Source: Anaeramoeba ignava BMAN
Lineage: Eukaryota > Protista > Anaeramoebae
Assembly: GCA_028826165.1 (NCBI GenBank)
Contig: JAPDFW010000071.1
Coordinates: forward strand, 248,001 to 312,000
Reading direction: 5' to 3'
Length of the DNA: 64,000 nt
The notes under the pieces were generated by a model. The model was not told where the DNA came from, ran no database searches, and was given only the letters and a program-made list of their open reading frames with translations. Shown one piece after another: positions 10,715 to 23,548 of this stretch (position 1 is its first letter; every line of letters starts with the position of its first letter). Position numbers and translations under genes: made by a program.

Positions 10715-12377
10715 ATGAATCAAAATACAAGAAAAAGAACAATCGAAAAAAATCAAAAACAAGATATAGACCAAATAGTTTCACGAGTAAAATTTCTTCC
10801 AAATTTAGATTCAAAATTCTTAAAAGAAACATTAATTAACTTGAAAAAAAAATGGGAATATAACCAACAACAAAGAATAAAATTTGTAGAAGATCCAGAA
10901 AAATTTATGGAAAGTGAAAGCGATTTGAATACAACAATTCACGAGCTCAAGCTTTTTGCAGCAAATCCCTCAATGTATGAGGATATTCTTAGCTTCCCAA
11001 ATTTTATAGAAACAGTTCAAAATTTGATTTCTCACGAAAATAACGATATTTCACAAAGTATTTTAGAAGCTCTAAATGAATTTATTGAAGAGGATGCTGA
11101 TATAGAAGAAGATAAAGAGAATTATACGACAAAATTTGCTGTTACATTATTACAAAATGGGATTCTTGAAATTGTTGTAGATAATATGTTTAGATTGAAG
11201 AATCAAAATAATGGTTTGTTTTTTTTTTAAATTTTAATTTTTAATTTTAATTTTAATTTTTATTTTATTTGTAGATTCTTCATTTGATTCAGAAAATAAA
11301 TCCATTTTCGTTAGTTTTAACATGATAGAAAATTTTCTTGAAATGGATGAAAAAGTGACAGAATTTTTCAATAAAAAACCAGAATTTTTCACTTTTATTT
11401 TGGATATTTCGCAAAATGCAGCACAGAATTTTAATGCGAATATGGAATACGCAAGTGAAATATTAGCAATCTTAGTTCAAAGCAATGAAAAAAATCAAGA
11501 AATTTTAGGAAAAGCAGAAAATTTAGACAAATTGATGCACATTATCAACTCGTTTAAAGCAATAAAAACAACAGGCGATCTAGACGAATTTGTTCAGAAC
11601 ATCTTCGACTCTCTCTGTTCTTGTTTAATGAATACTAAAATCCAAGACCAATTTCGAAATTTGGAAGGAATTGAACTACTTTTAATTATGATCAAAAAAA
11701 ATAAACAGCAATTTCCTTCTTTGAAAGCTCTCGACTTTGCGATCATGAATAACCCCGAATCTTGCAAGTATTTTATCGAGAAGGCATTGGGGTTGAAGAT
11801 TATTTTCTCGTTGCTAATGCGACAGAAATTAAAATCCAAAAAAAATGCCAAAAAATCAAAAGAAAAGAAAGAAAATGAAAGAAAATTTGATGAATTTATT
11901 TTCTCGATATTATTGAGTTTGATGAACCAATCTGCGGAATTGAACTATGCGAGAGTGGTCAACAAGTTTATCGAGAAAAACCACGAAAAAACTGAAAAAA
12001 TGCTCGACATTTTTCAGAAATGGAACAAAAAATTAATCAAAGGAATGATTTTAATTCAAAACGAAGAAGATCAGAATAAAATCAAAAAGGATCTTCTTGA
12101 CGAGATTACTGAAGAAGAAAAAGAATACGAGAAATACACCCAGAAACTCAATTTCGGTCTGCTCATTTTGCAGTCCATTTCGGTTATTGTTTTGAAACTA
12201 TTTGTTTTCAGTGAAAATTCCAAAATCAAAATTCTCGAAATTTTAAATCGGAAAAAAATTGAATTTAATTATATTGTGAATTTAGTCAATGAATTTTTCT
12301 CAAATTTGGATGAAGAAAGTGGAGATCGAAAGATTTTAGAAGATTTATTAATTTTAGTGAGAAAATCATTAAATTAA
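10715..12377 (+). CDS. CTNNBL1: Beta-catenin-like protein 1 (PRP19/CDC5L spliceosome complex)
   Basis: Exons 10715-11213 and 11275-12377 (phase-1 intron GTTTGT..GTAG). Motifs NQQQRIKF.EDPEKFMESE.DL, LISHENNDI, N.EYASEILAILVQ, EFVQNIFDSLCSCL, EGIELL, KFIEKNHEK. Confidence 0.92.
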
Positions 12378-12466
12378 AAATTAAAAATTTTTTTTCATTT
12401 TTATTTTTTTAATTTTTTTTTTCCCTCTTTTTTTCTTTATTGTTTTTTTTTCTTTATCAAAATAAA

Positions 12467-15400
12467 ATGGAAATTTGGGAAGCTATTGAACAAAATAATA
12501 TTGAATGCTTGAATGAAATAAAATCCATTTCAGAAACAGATTTAAGAAAAGAAGGGAAACCAATTGTAAATTTTGCGATTGAAAAACAAGTTTCAGTTGA
12601 AATTATAGAAAAATTAATAAAGAAAGGAGCAAATCCAAATTCAGTTGATAAATTAAGAAGAAACTCATTACATATTGCAATTATGAATAACTTAGGAATT
12701 GACATGATTAATTTCCTTATTCAAGAGTGTGTTTCAATAAATGCAAAAGATGAACAAGGCAAAACAGCGACTCATTATTCAATGATTTATTTGAAGAGAG
12801 AAGACAGAATCGAGATCATCAAATACTTGATTGGAAAAGGACTTGAGCTCAATTCAAAGACAAATAGAAATGAAACTGCTTTGCATTTTGCATGTCAAAA
12901 TAATTCGGTTGAAGTGATTAAATATCTTATTGGAAAAGGTCTTGATATCAATTCAAAGACAAATAGAAATGAAACTGTGTTGCATTTTGCATGTCAAAAT
13001 AATTCAATCGAAGTGGTTAAATATCTTGTTGAAAAGAAGTTGTATCTCAACGCAAAAACGAAAGAAAATGAAACACCTTTGCATTTTGCTTGCCAAAGCA
13101 ATTCTCTTGAAATTATTGAATATTTGATTGAAAAGGGAGCAGATATCAACGCAAAAACAAAAAAGAACCTCAATATTTTGCATTTTGCATGCCAAAAAAA
13201 TTCGCTTGAAGTGATTAAATATTTAGTTTCAAAAGAAGTTGATTTTTATACGAAAACCTATTGGAACGAGACTCTGCTTCATTTTGCATGCGAAAGTAAC
13301 TCGCTTGAAGTGATCAAATATCTGATTGAGAAGGGACTTTATGTAAATGCAAGAACATATTTAAATCAGACACCATTTCATTTTGCGTGTCAAAACAATT
13401 CGCTTGAAGTGATTAAATATTTGATTGAAAAGGGAGCTGATATTCGGGCGAAAACAAAAAAGAACCAAAACGTTTTGCATTTTGCATGTCAAAATAATTC
13501 GCTCGAAACAATTAAATATTTGATTGAAAAGGGAGCAGATGTTCGAGCGAAAACAAACAAGAACCAAACAGCATTGCATTTTGCATGCCAAAAAAATTCG
13601 CTCGAAGTGATTAAATATTTGATTGAAAAGGGAGCAGATGTTCGAGCGAAAAACAACGAGAATGAAACAGCTTTGCATATTGCATCGCATTACCAACAAA
13701 AGGATTCATTTGAGATTATCAATCTTTTAATAGAAAAGGGAACCGATGTGGGAGCTAAAACAAATGAAAATCAGCTCGCACTGCATTTTGTTTGCATATA
13801 CCAGCAACAAAATTCGCTCGAAGTGATTAAACTATTGATTGAAAAAGGAGCGGATGTGAATGATAAAAACAACGAAGACGAAACAACGCTGCATTTGGCT
13901 TGTTTCCAGCAACAGAAAAATTCACTTGAAGTGATTAAGTTGCTTATTGGGAAAGGAGTGGATATCAACGCATCAACAAAATATTATAAGCAAACACCAC
14001 TCCATTTTGTTTGTCAATATCAACAGCAGGAAAGTTCGCTTGAGATCATCAAATTATTCATTGAAAAGGGCGCAGAAATCAACTCCAAAAATTTTTATAG
14101 CCAAACCCCACTTCATTATGCTTGTCATTATCAAAAACATCAGAACTCGCTGAAGATTCTTGAGTTATTGATCCAAAACGGTGCTGATGTAAATGCAAAA
14201 AACGAGAGAAATCAGACGCCGTTGCATTTGGTTTGCTTCCAAAAAGAACACAAAAATTCGATCGAAATTATTAAATTGTTGATTGAAAATGGAGCGGATG
14301 TGAATTCTCAGACAAAAAACAATCAAACCCCGCTGCATTTTGCTTGCCAATACCAGCAACAAAACTCTTTTGAAGTGATCAAATATCTGATCGTCAAAGG
14401 AGCGGATCTGAACGCAAGAACAGATGACTATGAAACCCCTTTGCATATTGCGTGCCAGTTCCAAAACCATCAGAATTCGATCCAAGTGATTAAATTATTG
14501 ATCCAAAATGGAGCAGATATCAATTCCCGCAACGAAAAGCATCAAACGCCACTGCATTTGATTTGCTTCCAAAAAGACAACAAAAATTCAATTGAAATTG
14601 TCAAGTTACTTATTGAAAATGGAGCAGATGTCAATGCAAAGAACAACGATTCTCAGATCTCTTTGCATTTTGCCTGTCAATATCAACAGCAGAAAAATTC
14701 GTTTGAAATCATCAAGCCTTTAATAGAACACAGTTCGGATATTAATGCAAAGAATAAATACCATCAAACACCTCTTCACATTGCCTGTCAATATCAACAG
14801 CAGGAAAATTCGTTTGAGATTATTAAATCACTAATTGAAAAAGGCGCAGATATTAACGCCAAAAATATATATAATCAAACCCCATTGTATCTTGCGTGCC
14901 AGTTTCAAACACAAGAAAACTCGCTCAAGGTGATTAAATATTTAGTGGAAAAGGGCGCTGATTTGAATGCCAAAAATAAAAATCAGGAAACAGTTCTCCA
15001 TTTCGCTTGTCAAAACAACTCGATTGAATTGACCAAGTTTCTTGTCAAAAAAGGAGCCAATATCAACATCAAGGCAACATTCCAAGAAACTCCCTTGCAC
15101 ATTGCGTGCAGAAAGAATCTAGGAGAAATCATCATCTTGCTTCTCAATAAAGGAGCACACATCAATACAAGAAACAATTTCAACAAAACTCCCTTGCATT
15201 TTGCATGCGAAAACAATTCGTTGAAAATCATCAACTTACTTGTTGAAAAAGGAGCGGATATTCACGCAAAAACATATTATGAAGAAACTCCTTTGCATTT
15301 TGCTTGCCAAAAAAATTCGACTGAAATTATCAAATATTTAATTGAAAAGGGAGTGGATATCAATGCGCGAACTAAAGACCACAAATCTGCCCTGCATTTA

Positions 15401-17283
15401 GTGTGCCAATCCCAAGTCAATCAAAGCAGTTCCCTTGAAATCATCAAATATCTAATTTCAGAAGGAGTAGATATCAACGCGAAAACAAATTCAAATCAAA
15501 CAGCCTTGCATTTTGTTTGCATATATCAACACCAAAACTCACTCGAGATCATCAAATACTTGATTGAAAAGGGAGCTCATCTCAATTTCAAAACCAAAAC
15601 CCAAGAAACTCCACTGCATTTTGCGTGCTATAAAAATTCGCTTGAAATTATCACATTTCTTGTTGAAAAGGGAGCCGATCTGAATGTCAAGAACAAAGAT
15701 CAACAAACCCCGTTGCATATTGCATGCTCCAAAAATTCATTTGAAATTATTCGATTCCTTGTTGAGAACGGCGCTGACATCAATTCAGAAGACGAGATCA
15801 AACAGTTGCCTTTGCATATTGCATGTCAACAGCAGGAAACATCGCTTGATATTATCAGATTTCTTATTCAAAAGGGCGCAAATATCAATGCAAAAACAAG
15901 CATGAACCAGAACGCATTGCATTTTGTCTGCTCTAATAATTCGTTTGAAATGATCAAACTACTTGTTGAAAATGGAGCTGATATCAATTCAAGGAATAAT
16001 ATCAATGAAACACCTTTGCATATCATTTGCCAGCAGCAAAGCTCGCTCGATATTATCAAATTTCTTGTTCAAAACGGTGCTGATGTAAATGCAAATAATA
16101 AATACCAACAAACCTCTTTGCATTTATCATGTCAATACCAAAGAGAGAACGCTTTTGAAATTATCAAATTTCTCGTTCAAAATGGTGCTGATGTAAATGC
16201 TAAGAATAAAGACCGACAAACACCCATTCAAATTGCAATACAAAAAAATAACCAAAATTCAATCAAGATTTTATTAATGAATGATGCAAATATTTTCGAT
16301 TTGGAAGAAAAGGAAATCACAGACCAAATTATCAAGATTTTCCCTAAAGTTTATTCAATCAACGAAGATATGAATAATTTATTACATTCAAAAGAGAATT
16401 TTTCTGATTTCCAAATAAAATGTAATGATGGCTCAAAAATTGATGTTCATAAATTGATTTTATTATCAAGATTCAACAATAATATTTTATTATTTCAAAG
16501 ATTTGTTAATATTTGTTTGCAAAAACCAAAAGAAATTATTCAATTAGCAATCAATTTTCTTTATACTGGATTTCCTGATTTTAATAATTTTATTCAAAAC
16601 TTCCAAAATTTTATTATATATAAAAATCAAATTAGAAAAATTGAAAGAGATTATCAACTCAAGAAAATCTCACGCAATGAATTTTATCAAAAAAGAGATA
16701 CAATTAATTATTTAAGAAAAAAAGAGGAAGAAAATAGAAAAAAACAAAAACAAAAACAAAAACAAAAACAAAATTGGAATGAAAATGAAAATAAAAAAGA
16801 AAATTCATTTAAAAAAGAAATTGAACAAACTCTCAAAGTTGAAGAATTCTTTAAAGAAATGGGATTTGATTCAAAATGGATTGAAAGTAAAAAAGGAAGA
16901 AAAGGAATAATAAAAGATTTATCAAAATTATATCAACAAAATGAAACAAAGATTTCACAATAATTGTTGAAGAAAAAGAAATTAAAGCTCATAAATTAAT
17001 ATTAATAATACGAAGTGATTTATTTAAAGGAATGTTTTTAAATGTTAATGATTCATCAAATCAAGTTCATGATTATTCAAGAAAATCAAATGAAACAATT
17101 CAACAATTAATTTATTTTATTTATAATGATGAATTTGATGAAACAAAAGAAATAAATGAAAAAATTTTCCAAGAATTTGAAGATGTTAAAGATTATTTTC
17201 AATTAAATCCAAATTCAATTTTAGATTTATTTTTAGATTTAGATTTAGATTTGGATTGGGATTTGAATGATAATTTGAATTGA
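12467..17283 (+). CDS. Long ankyrin-repeat protein (about 35 repeats) with C-terminal tandem BTB domains; one -1 indel at about 16950
   Basis: Repeated TPLHFACQ.NSLEVIKYLIEKGADINAK. BTB1 is FSDFQIKC..VHKLILLSRF. Comparison with the adjacent paralog (acaaaagatttt vs acaaagatttc) shows one A missing before BTB2 (KDFTIIVEEKEIKAHKLILIIRS), which ends at TGA 17281-17283. Confidence 0.85.
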
Positions 17284-17376
17284 AAAAAAAAATTTTTTTT
17301 TCTTTCTTTTGATTTTGTTAATTTTTTTTGGTTATAAAATAAATTTTTTTTTCATTTTTTTCTTTATCAAAATAAA

Positions 17377-19783
17377 ATGGAAATTTGGGAAGCTATTGAA
17401 CAAAATAATATTGAATGTTTGAATGAAATAAAATCCATTTCAGAAACAGATTTAAGAAAAGAAGGGAAACCAATTTTACATTTTGCGATTGAAAAACAAG
17501 TTTCAGTTGAAATTATAGAAAAATTAATAAAGAAAGGAGCAAATCCAAATTCAGTTGATAAATTAAGAAGAAACTCATTACATATTGCAATTATGAATAA
17601 CTCAAGCATTAAAGTTATCAAGATATTATTAAAATCACATGTTCTTATCAATGCAAAAGACAAAAATAACAAAACAATAATGTATTATTCAATAATTTAT
17701 TTAAAAAAGGAAATTTTATTTGAAGTTATTCAATTATTCATTGAAAATGGAGTCGATTTAAATGCAAGATCAGGAGCTAAGGAGGAAACAGTCTTACATC
17801 TTGTTTGTAATTTTCATTACAAAAATTCAGTTGAAATTATCAAAATCCTTGTTGAAAAAGGAGCTGAAATCAATTCAAGGAATAAATACCAAGAAACTCC
17901 TTTGCATTTTGCTTGCCAAAAAAATTCGACTGAAATTATCAAATATTTAATTGAAAAAGGAGCAGATATCAATGCAAAAAACAATTATCATGAAACTCCA
18001 TTGCATATAATTTCTTTCCATAATGATTCATTTGAGATTATCAAATTACTGATTGAAAAAGGAGCGGATATTCACGCAAAAACGGATTATGAAGAAACTC
18101 CATTTCAAATTGCTTGTGAACAAAATAAGGCACTTGAAGTGATCAAATTATTTATTGAAAAAGGAATAGATATCAATGCAAAAATGCAATCAAAAGAATC
18201 AGCTTTGCATGTTTTTTGCTTCAAAAATTCGTTTGAGATTATCAAATATCTGATTGAAAAAGGAGCTGATTTGAATATACAAAATGATTTTGGAGACACT
18301 CCACTGCATAATTGCTGTAGAAGAAAGAATTCAATCGAAATTATTAAATACTTGATTGAAAAGGGAGCTGATTTGAATATTCAAAATGAAAATCAAGAAA
18401 CACCCTTGTATCTTGCTTTTCAACAAGAAAATTCATTGGAAATGATTAAATTACTAGTTAAAAAGGGTGGGAATCCAAATATAAAAATAGGTCCTAATCA
18501 AGAAACACTACTACATTTTTTTTGTAATTTTCATTACAAAAATCCAGTTGAAATGATCAAAATCCTTATTGAAAATGGAGCTGATATCAATTCAAGGAAT
18601 AATATCAATGAAACACCTTTGCATATCATTTCGATAAAAAATGATTCGCTAAATGTTATCAAATTTCTTGTTGAAAATGGTGCTGATGTAAATGCTAAAA
18701 ATAAAGAAGAAGAAACACCTTTGCATCTTGTTTGTCAATATCAAGAACATAATTCTGGTGAATATATTGAATATCTGATTGAAAATGGTGCTGATGTAAA
18801 TGCTAAAAATAAATACCAGCAAACCTGTTTATATTTTGCAATTTGGAAAAATAATGAAGAGGCAATTGAGATTTTATTAATGAATGATGCAAATATTTTT
18901 CATTTAAAAGAATCCCAAATCACAGACCAAATTATCAAAATTTTCCCTAAAAGTTTATTCAATCAACGAAGATATGAATAATTTATTACATTCAAAAGAG
19001 AATTTTTCTGATTTCCAAATAAAATGTAATGATGGCTCAAAAATTGATGTTCATAAATTGATTTTATTATCAAGATTCAACAATAATATTTTATTATTTC
19101 AAAGATTTGTTAATATTTGTTTGCAAAAACCAAAAGAAATTATTCAATTAGCAATCAATTTCCTTTATACTGGATTTCCTGATTTTAATAATTTTATTCA
19201 AAACTTCCAAAATTTTATTATATATAAAAATCAAATTAGAAAAATTGAAAGAGATTATCAACTCAAAGATCTGCTTTGGGAAGAATTTTGTGAAAAAAGA
19301 GATACAATTAATTATTTAAGACAAAAAGAAAAAGAAAATTCATTCAAAAAAGAAATTGAACAAACTCTCAAAGTTGAAGAATTCTTTAAAGAAATGGGAT
19401 TTGATTCAAAATGGATTGAAAGTAAAAAAGGAAGAAAAGGAATAATAAAAGATTTATCAAAATTATATCAACAAAATGAAACAAAAGATTTTACAATAAT
19501 TGTTGAAGAAAAAGAAATTAAAGCTCATAAATTAATATTAATAATAAGAAGTGATTTATTTAAAGGAATGTTTTTAAATGTTAATGATTCATCAAATCAA
19601 GTTCATGATTATTCAAGAAAATCAAATGAAACAATTCAACAATTAATTTATTTTATTTATAATGATGAATTTGATGAAACAAAAGAAATGAATGAAAAAA
19701 TTTTCCAAGAATTTGAAGATGTTAAAGATTATTTTCAATTAAATCAAAATTCAATTTTAGATTTATTTTTAAATTTTATTTGA
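17377..19783 (+). CDS. Ankyrin-repeat (about 14 repeats) + tandem BTB protein, tandem paralog of the upstream gene; one +1 indel at about 18950
   Basis: N-terminus MEIWEAIEQNNIECL and the BTB cassette are near-identical to the upstream gene. cctaaaagtttattc vs paralog cctaaagtttattc shows one extra A joining ORFs 17377-18981 and 18974-19783. Confidence 0.85.
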
Positions 19784-20075
19784 ATAAAAAAAAAATAAAT
19801 GAAAAATATTAAATAAAAGAGAAAAATTTTTTTTGGAATGATCTTGAAAAATTTTTTCTTTTTCTTTTTCTTTTTGAAAAAAATAAAAATTTTTGATGAT
19901 TCATTGTTGAAAAATGTTATGATTATGTATTGTTTTTTTTTGAGAAATTTTAAAATCATTTTTTTTTTTTTTTTGGTAATTTCAAAATAAAAAAATTTGA
20001 TTAGCTTTTGTTATATTTTTATTGCTTCATCATAATTTTTTTTTTCTCTCTTTAAAAATAATTTCAAATTCAATA

Positions 20076-23000
20076 ATGAACACTTTAGAAAAAAATCAAA
20101 ATCAAAATCAAAATCAAAATCAAAATCAAAATCAAAATCAAAATCAAAATCAAAATCAAAATCAAAATCAAAATCAAAATCAAAATCAAAATCAAAATCA
20201 AAATCAAAATCAAAATCAAAATCAAAATGTGGCAAAAGTTCATATAACAGCAAAAAAGGATAATAGAATTCCTTCAATTCTTGGAAATATTGATTCACTT
20301 CCATCACCTATGTTTTATGAAGAACAAGGACCAAACAGACCTTCAATACAAAATTTAAAAGAAAATGAATTTAAAGGAGACTCTGTAGTAAAATCGAAAA
20401 ATTAATCAAAAAAAAAGAAAAAAAACAAACACAAACACAAACCCAACAATCCCTTTTGGGGATTGATTTAATTTTAATTTTAGTTTGAAATGCCTCCAAA
20501 AAGAAGAACTTTTGATATTGGAATGGGAGCAGGTGTTATTGTAAGATCTGTTGTGAGTATAATTGGAGTAATTTACTTTCTTCGTCTTGGATATATTGTT
20601 GGATATGCAGGAATTGGGTTATCTATTCTGATTATTGGGATTTCAACATTAGTAACTGTAATAACGACATTATCACTATCAGCAATTTCTTCAAATGGAA
20701 GAATCTTAGGAGGAGGTCCATATTATGTAATTTCTCGGTCATTGGGTCATCCTTTTGGTGGAGTGATTGGTTTGTTCACTTTTCTTGCTTTATCTGTAAG
20801 TGTTGCTCTTTATGCGATGGGACTTGCAGAAACAATGGTTGAATCATTTGGATTATTGATGACTTCTTCTGTTTATGCGGAAAGATTGCTTTGGGGATGG
20901 ATTTACTTGACAATTATGCTTATTTCTATTGTGAAAGGACTTGGAGTAGTGATTAGAATACAAGTTACTTTGTGTATTATTTTGATCCTTTCCATTTTAT
21001 TCATCTTGTTTTCAAGCTTTAAAGATACTTATTCTAGAAACGTTTTTTCTGAAAATTGGAAATCATCTTTTTCGAAGAAACAGAATTTCTTTAGTATTTT
21101 TGCTTTATTTTTCCCAGCAGTAATAGGTAGATATTTACTTTTTTTGTTTCCAAAAGAAAAAAAAAATTAATCAAAATCAAAATCAAATTATCTAGGAATT
21201 CTTTCACCGTTTAACATTTCAGGTGATTTGAAAACTCCGCAGAAAACACTACCTAGGGGACTTCTATCTTCTGTTTTTGGGACAAGTATTCTTTATATTC
21301 TAACAACTCTTATGCTTGGAGCAATTGTTCCTCGTTCAGGAAGTTCAGGATTGAAGAACAACTATTTTGTGTTAAGGAACATTTCTTTTTGGAAACCTGT
21401 TGCTTGGATTGGGTTGTTTGCAGCTGCTTTTAGTTCTTCTATTGCATCTTTATCGTCAGCTTGCAATATTTTCCAAGCTGCTTGTGTAGATGAAATATTT
21501 CCAAAAGCGATTAATTTTTTTGGGAAAGGAAGTGGAAAGGATAATCTGCCTTTTAGAGCTTTTGGACTAAGTTATTTTTTTGCGTTTTTGACACTATTGC
21601 TTGGCGAGATGAATAAAATTGCTCCTTTTACAACAGCATTTTTTTTGATTACATTTGCAATGATTAATTGGGCATGTTTCCAAGCATCAATAGCTCGTTT
21701 GCCAAGTTTCCGTCCTTCTTTTAAATATTACAATCCTTATCTTGCCTTATTTGGAACTCTTTTAAGTATTGCTGTTATGTTTATGATCAATTGGATTTCT
21801 TCCTTAGTTATTTTGGGTTGTAGTTATCTTGTCTATAAATACTTGGATTTCAAGAAATTGGATGTTAATTGGGGGCCAAGTGGAGATGCCAAGCAATATA
21901 TTAAGCTTTTAGATTCGCTTGTCGGTTTTGGCACTTTGAAACATCATGCAAAAACTTTTAGACCGGGTTATCTTTATTTATCAACTTCTCATCCTCTTTC
22001 TTCAAAAAATCTTCCAATAACAAACTTGTTTTCTCAATCTTTAAAGAAAGGAAAAGGTTTATTTATTTTTGGTCAAGTTCTGATGACAAAAAATCACGAG
22101 AAAGATCAGAATCTTTTAAAATCAATTCATCAAAGAAACGAGTTTCTTTACTGGGCTCATACAAATTCAATTAAGATGTTTTATGATATTACACTCTCAA
22201 AATCTTTTCACAAAGGAGCCAAGGATTTACTTTTTCTATCAGGAATTGGGAGTTTTCGGCCTAATGTTGTTGTTTTAGATTTTCCTGAGAATTGGAAATC
22301 AAGATCAAATCAAAATCCAAATCAAAATCAAAATCAAAATGAAAATGAAAAATCATTGAAGGAAGAAATTTCTTCAAATGAGAATACTTCCTCTCAAAAG
22401 AAAACAGAAAAATGGGATTTTAGTAGTCAAGAAAATTCAAAAAAAAAAGATCAAATCTCAGAAGTTAATTTGGATCTTGAAAAAATACCAAAAAAAGAAA
22501 ATAATAAGAACACTTCTAACAGTTTCTCTGATATTTTTGAAGCGAATGCAATTTCAGAAAATGAAAAAGAAAGATCAAGTTTACAAATGCAAGAAATAGA
22601 TCTTGAAGAAAAAATAGAGGAAAAAGAAAAAGAAAAAGAAAAAGAAAAAGAAAGAGAAAGAGAAAGAGAAAATAATAAGGAAAAGGAATTTGTGTTGTGG
22701 TTGTTGTTCTAAAAAAAGGGATTTGAGAAAAAGATCAGATAATGAAGAAATTCCTTTAAGAAATCTAAAAAGATCCTTTTTGTATTCAACAAAAAAATTA
22801 GAAATTCCTAAACATTTTGAGGAAATAGAAGAGAAGGAAGAATCAGAAGAATCGAAACATAAAGAAATCAAGATTGGGGAATATATTAATCTCATTTCAT
22901 TAGCTTTTGATCTTTCTTATGGGGTGATTATCACAAAAGGAATTGATAAAATTGATTTTGAAGCAGAATACACAGGAAATATCGATGTATGGTGGCTATC

Positions 23001-23469
23001 AGATGATGGAGGATTAACGATATTAATTCCATATCTCCTATCAAGACATAAACGATGGAGGAAATGCAAACTAAGAGTTTTCTCACATACTCATCCTGAA
23101 AAAGTTGGAGATTATATGAAAATTTATTTCCAAATGAAAAATCTTCTTGAAGAATTTCGAATTGAGGCTGAAGTGATTATTGTTGAAGATTTATTTGAAG
23201 AACCTTCTCAGAAATCTTTGAATGATTGGAAAATGTTTCAAGCTCCTTCAGGAAAAAGAGGGAATCAAACTTTGAAACTTATCAAACTTTCAGAAAGTCT
23301 TCAAAAACATTCGGGAAAATCTGATTTTGTTGTCGTTTCCTTGCCTTTTCCAGATAAATCAATGGATCCAAAATTGTTTATGAGTTGGTTAAATTTTTTA
23401 AGTAGAGAAATGCCTCCTTTAATATTTGTCAGAGGAAACCAACAAAATGTTTTAACATTTCAAATGTGA
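20076..23469 (+). CDS. SLC12 cation-chloride cotransporter family protein
   Basis: Exons 20076-20387 (donor could be 20385), 20484-21126 and 21196-23469, with a +1 break at about 22690. Motifs FLRLGYIVGYAG, LSLSAISSNG..GGGPYYVISRSLG, FFPAVIG|ILS..NISGDLK.P, PSFRPSFKYY, IDVWWLSDDGGL..LIPYLL, PPLIFVRGNQQNVLTF. Confidence 0.92.
20094..20228 (+). repeat. Perfect (AAAATC)n coding microsatellite (poly-NQ)
   Basis: About 22 perfect hexamers at the SLC12 N-terminus. Confidence 0.95.
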
Positions 23470-23548
23470 AAAAATCAAAATTCCAAAAATTTTTTTTTTC
23501 ATTTTTTTCTTTTCAAAAAAATTAATAATTAAAAAATAAAAAAACAAA

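Noticed and set aside
22694-22718. 25-nt micro-intron (GT..AG) that would repair the SLC12 frame
   Set aside because: It is far shorter than all other introns here (at least about 60 nt) and has an atypical donor. A single-base indel is simpler; RNA-seq would decide.
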